DNA of 64,000 nt from Salinispira sp. (GTDB lineage Bacteria; Spirochaetota; Spirochaetia; DSM-27196; Salinispiraceae): positions 160,001 through 224,000 of the forward strand of contig OZ271918.1 of the NCBI GenBank assembly GCA_965602015.1, written 5' to 3'. The notes under the pieces are model-generated. The model had not been told where the DNA came from and made no database searches. It saw only the letters and a program-made list of their open reading frames with translations. Position numbers and translations under genes: made by a program. Positions 59,471 through 64,000 of the stretch are shown here, piece after piece. Each line of letters starts with the position of its first letter. The stretch's first letter is position 1.

Positions 59471-60343
59471 ATGAGTATACTAATTGATGAAAAAACCAAT
59501 GTTATCGTGCAGGGAATTACCGGCCGCGACGGATCCTTCCACGCCCGGACCATGATCGGTGACGGGACCAAGATCGTCGCCGGCGTTACGCCCGGTAAGG
59601 GCGGACAGAAAATGGACGACGTGCCGGTGTACAACTCGGTGCAGGATGCCATGGCCCAGCACCGGGTGGATGTTACGGTGATTTTTGTCCCCCCGAAGTT
59701 CGCCAACGCCGCAATAATTGAAGCGGCGGATGCGGGAGTTCCGCTGATAATCGCCATCACCGAAGGTGTTCCGGTTAACGAAATGCTCGACACCTACCAC
59801 TATGTGAAGAGCAAGGGTTTGCGGATGATCGGACCGAACTGTCCGGGAGTTATCAGCCCCGGTAAAAGCAAAATTGGCATTATGCCCCTAAAAATTCACA
59901 AACCGGGACGAATCGGCGTCATCAGCCGATCCGGAACACTGACCTATGAAGTGGTGCACGCCCTGACCACGAACGGAATGGGTCAATCCACCTGCGTGGG
60001 TATCGGCGGCGATCCGGTGGTCGGTTCCAGTTTTATCGACTTGCTGAAGCTGTTCAACGAAGATCCGGACACCGATGCGGTGGTAATGATCGGAGAAATC
60101 GGCGGAGAAGATGAAGAAGCGGCGGCGGAGTTTATTAAGAATTCCATGAAAAAACCTGTGGCCGGTTTTATCTCAGGCCGCACAGCCCCTCCGGGAAAAC
60201 GCATGGGTCATGCGGGAGCCATCATTTCCGGCGGCAAGGGCACCCCTGAAGCCAAGGTTCAAGCGCTTGAGGCAGCGGGTGTGAAGGTTGCCAACACGCC
60301 GAGCGAAATCCCCGCTATATTAAAAGAGAAGCTCGGACTGTAA
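59471..60343 (+). CDS. sucD: Succinyl-CoA synthetase alpha subunit
   Basis: [33 protein letters not shown] (phospho-His). Confidence 0.97.
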   Translation: MSILIDEKTNVIVQGITGRDGSFHARTMIGDGTKIVAGVTPGKGGQKMDDVPVYNSVQDAMAQHRVDVTVIFVPPKFANAAIIEAADAGVPLIIAITEGVPVNEMLDTYHYVKSKGLRMIGPNCPGVISPGKSKIGIMPLKIHKPGRIGVISRSGTLTYEVVHALTTNGMGQSTCVGIGGDPVVGSSFIDLLKLFNEDPDTDAVVMIGEIGGEDEEAAAEFIKNSMKKPVAGFISGRTAPPGKRMGHAGAIISGGKGTPEAKVQALEAAGVKVANTPSEIPAILKEKLGL

Positions 60344-60415
60344 TCCTGTACGAGGGCCGACGCAGACTGCTGCGCCGGTCCGTTCGACCGGCGGTGAGCG
60401 TATGAGGCGCATGCG

Positions 60416-63301
60416 ATGATTGGGAATTACTTACATCTCAGCAACGCGGATTTTGTAGATGATTTGTATCGGGAGTGGCAGGAAGATCCCGAATCGGTGG
60501 ACTCCGACTGGAGGGCCTATTTTGAGCGCCTTTATTCCGGCGAACTGGACCCGGTTCTCGAGGGTCACGGACAGCGCGATCCTCACGCGAACGGCCGCAG
60601 GGTCTTGGATCCCTCCGGCCTGATCAGCGTTGCCGACCCGGAAAAGGGCGCCCGGCATGCCACCGGTCAGGACGGCAATCAGCATATCGATAAGAACAGC
60701 CATGCCTACAAGCAATCCCGGGTCAATGCGATGATCTGGGCCTTTCGGGACATCGGTTATTTGTATGCCGATCTCAATCCTTTAAAAGGCTATATCACCC
60801 CGGAACTCTGGTACATGATGTTCGCAGTCGAGGGGAACTATGAGTCCCTTACCCTGGAAGAATTCGGTCTGGAAGAAAGCGATCTCGACACCCCCTTCCT
60901 CACCGGCCGCTTCATTGAAGAAGAGACCCTCACTCTCCGGGAAATTCTGGAAAGAATGCGCCGGGTATATTGCGGCACCATGGGCTCGGAAGTTCTTCAT
61001 ATCCAGAACAAGGCGGTGCGAAACTGGCTCATCAGCCGTCTCGAGGGCCCCAAAGCCCACCAGGGCTGGCAGCCCGAGGCGAAGATCCAATTCCAGCAGG
61101 ATCTCATCAGGGCTGAGGAGTTCGAACGCTTCATCCACTCGAATTTTATCGGCCAAAAGCGGTTCTCCCTGGAAGGCGGAGAAGCCCTGATACCCGGGCT
61201 CCATCATCTCTTTATCGCCATGGCCAAACAGGGGGTAGAAGAAGCCGTGCTCGGCATGGCTCACCGGGGCCGGCTGAATGTGTTCGTCAACGCAATGAAC
61301 AAACCGGCCGTCGATATTTTCGCCCGATTCGTTGACAACTATTCTCCCCACACCTACGGCGGCAGCGGAGATGTGAAGTATCACCTGGGATACTCGGTCG
61401 ATTTTTCCCCCGCGGACATCGACAGGGTCATGCACATCGGGTTGGTTGCCAATCCGAGTCATTTGGAAGCCGTAGATCCCGTTGTCGAGGGAAAGGCCCG
61501 GGGCGTTCAGCGCCGGCGAAAAGACCGGCACCGCAAAAAGGTCATTCCCATCCTTATACACGGCGATTCGGCGTTTTCAGGGCAGGGAATAGTCGCCGAA
61601 ACCTTGAACCTCTCCCAGCTCAAGGGCTACCGCACCGGGGGAACCATTCACATCATCGTGAACAATCAAATCGGATTCACCACGGCCAGTCAGGACAGCA
61701 GATCGACATTTTTTGCCACGGATATTGCGAAATCCATCAGCATTCCGATTTTTCACGTAAATGGGGATGATCCGGAAAGCGTTACCCGGGCGATGGATCT
61801 GGCATTGAGCTTCCGGCAGAAATTCGGCCAGGACGTTATTGTGGATATTATCTGCTACCGGCGCCTGGGCCACAATGAAGCCGATGAGCCCAGTTTCTCC
61901 CATCCCCGGATGTACGAGCGCATAAAAAACCATAAAAGCGCCCGGCAGCTGTATGCCGAGCGCTTGCTTAGCGAAGGCGTGTGGTCCAAACAACAGCAGC
62001 AGGAGTTCACCGAGCAGTACACAGGACAATTAAAAGAACATTTGCAGCAGGCAAAAGACGGGTATGAGCCGAGCATGAACGACGCATACCAGGGCGATGT
62101 GTGGAGGGATTTTCAGCGCACCTACACCTTTGCTCCGGTGAATACTGCGGTGGAGCGGGAGCGCCTGGAGCATATTGCCCACAAGCTTGTCACCGTGCCC
62201 GAGAATTTCAATGTTCACCCGAAACTAAAGCGCTTCACTTCAGGCCGGGAACAGCAGTTCTTCACCGACAACGCCATTGATTGGGGCTTTGCCGAGAGCC
62301 TGGCATTCGGCAGCCTGCTTGCCGAGGGTCACGCCATCCGTCTGTCGGGAGAGGACTGCCGCCGGGGCACCTTCAGCCATCGGCATGCGGTCTGGTGGGA
62401 TATCGCCAGTCCGGTTCCCAAGAGCTATGTGGCGCTCCGTTCGCTCTATCCCGATCAAGCCTGGTTTTCCGTGTACGACAGCCCGTTAAGCGAATTTTCC
62501 GTACTTGGTTTTGACTACGGGTACACCCTGGCAACTCCCAACAGCCTCACTGTGTGGGAGGGCCAGTTCGGCGACTTCGTCAACGGCGCTCAGGTTATTA
62601 TCGATCAGTTCATCGCCGCCAGCGAAACCAAATGGTTCCGCTCGTCGGGACTGGTCCTGCTGTTGCCCCACGGGTATGAAGGGCAGGGCCCCGAGCATTC
62701 TTCGGCATTTCTCGAGCGGTTCCTCAGTCTGTGCGCCGAAGACAACATGCAGGTAATCAACGCCACGACACCGGCCCAGTACTTCCACGTTCTCAGGCGG
62801 CAGATGAAACAGAAGTACCGCAAGCCCCTCATCATCATGAGTCCAAAGAGCCTGCTGCGTCTGAAAGAGTGTGTCAGTCCCGTCGAAGAGTTTATCGAAG
62901 GGCACTTCCGCACGGTTATCGATGACGCCGATCGCAGCGGCGGGGAAACGCGCATTCTGTTTTGCAGCGGGAAGGTATATTACGATCTGATCTCTGAAAA
63001 ACGCGAGCGGGGGCGAAAGGACGTGGCAATAGTCCGCCTCGAGCAGATCCATCCCTTCCCCGAGGAGGAGCTTACAAGACTGGTGAGCGAATACCCCAAG
63101 GCCGAAGAGTTCTTCTGGGTCCAGGAAGAGACGGAAAACCGGGGCGCCTGGATGTTCGTCCAGTACCGACAGCGGCGCTTTTTGCCCGACGGAAAAGAAC
63201 TGCGTTACATCGGACGGGGGCCCTCTCCCAGTCCCGCTACCGGGTCGCATAAGCAGCACACCCAGGAACTTCGGGATTTTCTCGACAGTGCCTTTGAATA
63301 G
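60416..63301 (+). CDS. sucA: 2-oxoglutarate dehydrogenase E1
   Basis: KRFSLEG, GMAHRGRLN, GDVKYHLG, NPSHLEAV, HGDSAFSGQG, GHNEADEP, LLPHGYEGQGPEHSS. Confidence 0.96.
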   Translation: MIGNYLHLSNADFVDDLYREWQEDPESVDSDWRAYFERLYSGELDPVLEGHGQRDPHANGRRVLDPSGLISVADPEKGARHATGQDGNQHIDKNSHAYKQSRVNAMIWAFRDIGYLYADLNPLKGYITPELWYMMFAVEGNYESLTLEEFGLEESDLDTPFLTGRFIEEETLTLREILERMRRVYCGTMGSEVLHIQNKAVRNWLISRLEGPKAHQGWQPEAKIQFQQDLIRAEEFERFIHSNFIGQKRFSLEGGEALIPGLHHLFIAMAKQGVEEAVLGMAHRGRLNVFVNAMNKPAVDIFARFVDNYSPHTYGGSGDVKYHLGYSVDFSPADIDRVMHIGLVANPSHLEAVDPVVEGKARGVQRRRKDRHRKKVIPILIHGDSAFSGQGIVAETLNLSQLKGYRTGGTIHIIVNNQIGFTTASQDSRSTFFATDIAKSISIPIFHVNGDDPESVTRAMDLALSFRQKFGQDVIVDIICYRRLGHNEADEPSFSHPRMYERIKNHKSARQLYAERLLSEGVWSKQQQQEFTEQYTGQLKEHLQQAKDGYEPSMNDAYQGDVWRDFQRTYTFAPVNTAVERERLEHIAHKLVTVPENFNVHPKLKRFTSGREQQFFTDNAIDWGFAESLAFGSLLAEGHAIRLSGEDCRRGTFSHRHAVWWDIASPVPKSYVALRSLYPDQAWFSVYDSPLSEFSVLGFDYGYTLATPNSLTVWEGQFGDFVNGAQVIIDQFIAASETKWFRSSGLVLLLPHGYEGQGPEHSSAFLERFLSLCAEDNMQVINATTPAQYFHVLRRQMKQKYRKPLIIMSPKSLLRLKECVSPVEEFIEGHFRTVIDDADRSGGETRILFCSGKVYYDLISEKRERGRKDVAIVRLEQIHPFPEEELTRLVSEYPKAEEFFWVQEETENRGAWMFVQYRQRRFLPDGKELRYIGRGPSPSPATGSHKQHTQELRDFLDSAFE

Positions 63302-63322
63302 ATTGAGTTCAGGAGTTGGAAC

Positions 63323-64000
63323 ATGACTGACATAGTGGTTCCCAATGTAGGAGAATCGGTTAGCAGCGGTATAATTGCGAGCTGGCTTGTTGAAGACGGC
63401 GCATTTGTATCGGAGGGTGAAAATCTCTTCGAGCTGGAAACCGACAAGGCGACAATGGAAGTGCCGGCCACCGTCAGCGGAGTGGTGAAGATCGGCGCTG
63501 CCGAGGGCGACGAGGTTGAAGTCGGCGCTTCGGTGGGCAGCATCGACGAGAGCGCCGAAGCACCCGGTAAATCCGACCAGGCCTCCGAAGCGGATGCAGC
63601 CGGTGCCGGTGAATCAAACAAACCTCCGGCCGCGGCAGATTCTTCTTCAGTGCCAAAACCCGAAGCGCCCAATAAGCCTTTGCCCGAACCGGTCGAATCA
63701 AATTCTGCCCCGGCAAAACCCGCGCCTTCGAAATCCGCCGCCTCAAAACCGGCTCCGGCGGCTAAAGTTGCTAAACGAACTCTTGACGATCTCTCCCCGG
63801 CGGTCCGTCGTTTGGTAGAGGAACTAAGCCTCGATCCGTCCGCCATTCCCGCCGCCGACCCCTCGGGGCGGCTCACCAAGGAAGACGTCCAGAATTACGT
63901 AAAAGGCGCCTCATCGGGAGGCTCAGCGGGGGTAAAACGACAGCCAGCCCTCAGCGGCGATATTAATCCCCAGCGCCAGCGTCGGGTTCCCATGACCAAT
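63323..64000 (+). CDS. sucB: 2-oxoglutarate dehydrogenase E2, dihydrolipoyl succinyltransferase (3' end outside window)
   Basis: ATG 63323 after AGGAG; MTDIVVPNVGESV…LETDKATMEVPA lipoyl domain, Pro/Ala/Lys linker, LSPAVRRL…GRLTKEDV E3-binding domain. Absent from the ORF track because it runs off the end. Confidence 0.93.
   Translation, partial: MTDIVVPNVGESVSSGIIASWLVEDGAFVSEGENLFELETDKATMEVPATVSGVVKIGAAEGDEVEVGASVGSIDESAEAPGKSDQASEADAAGAGESNKPPAAADSSSVPKPEAPNKPLPEPVESNSAPAKPAPSKSAASKPAPAAKVAKRTLDDLSPAVRRLVEELSLDPSAIPAADPSGRLTKEDVQNYVKGASSGGSAGVKRQPALSGDINPQRQRRVPMTN

Noticed and set aside
63640..63770. KPAPS-like repeats in sucB
   Set aside because: Normal flexible linker of E2 subunits.

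Overview
A 64 kb, gene-dense, moderately GC-rich bacterial chromosomal segment. A free-living anaerobic or facultative spirochaete-like organism is suggested by gene content (LacI-domain histidine kinase, lipoproteins, pyrF-pyrE fusion, epmA); this is inference only. Most of the window is housekeeping and metabolic: PFOR, gdhA, efp/epmA, trxB, fabF, ldhA-lactate permease, an AmmeMemoRadiSam trio, and sdhAB-sucCD-sucAB (sucB cut by the window end). I saw no rRNA, tRNA, CRISPR array, transposase or integrase. The most striking observation is at 43890-46326: two overlapping genes that look like reciprocal chimeras. Gene 1 reads as the N-part of a lipoate-protein-ligase-like fold joined to the C-terminal part of an acyl-CoA synthetase. 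Gene 2 reads as the missing acyl-CoA synthetase N-part joined to the missing lipoate-ligase C-part. Swapping at the junctions gives a ~562 aa FadD-like and a ~253 aa LplA/LipM-like protein. The pair sits in an operon with a sodium:solute symporter and a small membrane partner. Other notable signals are a dispersed intergenic repeat family (GTGCCCC[C/G]AAAACAGCTGAT; 8 arms, forming two ~150 bp MITE-like elements, one 44 bp palindrome and two solo arms) and a recurring TANNNT-6/7 nt-ATG layout suggesting many leaderless mRNAs. All protein calls come from motif recognition by eye, not database searches.
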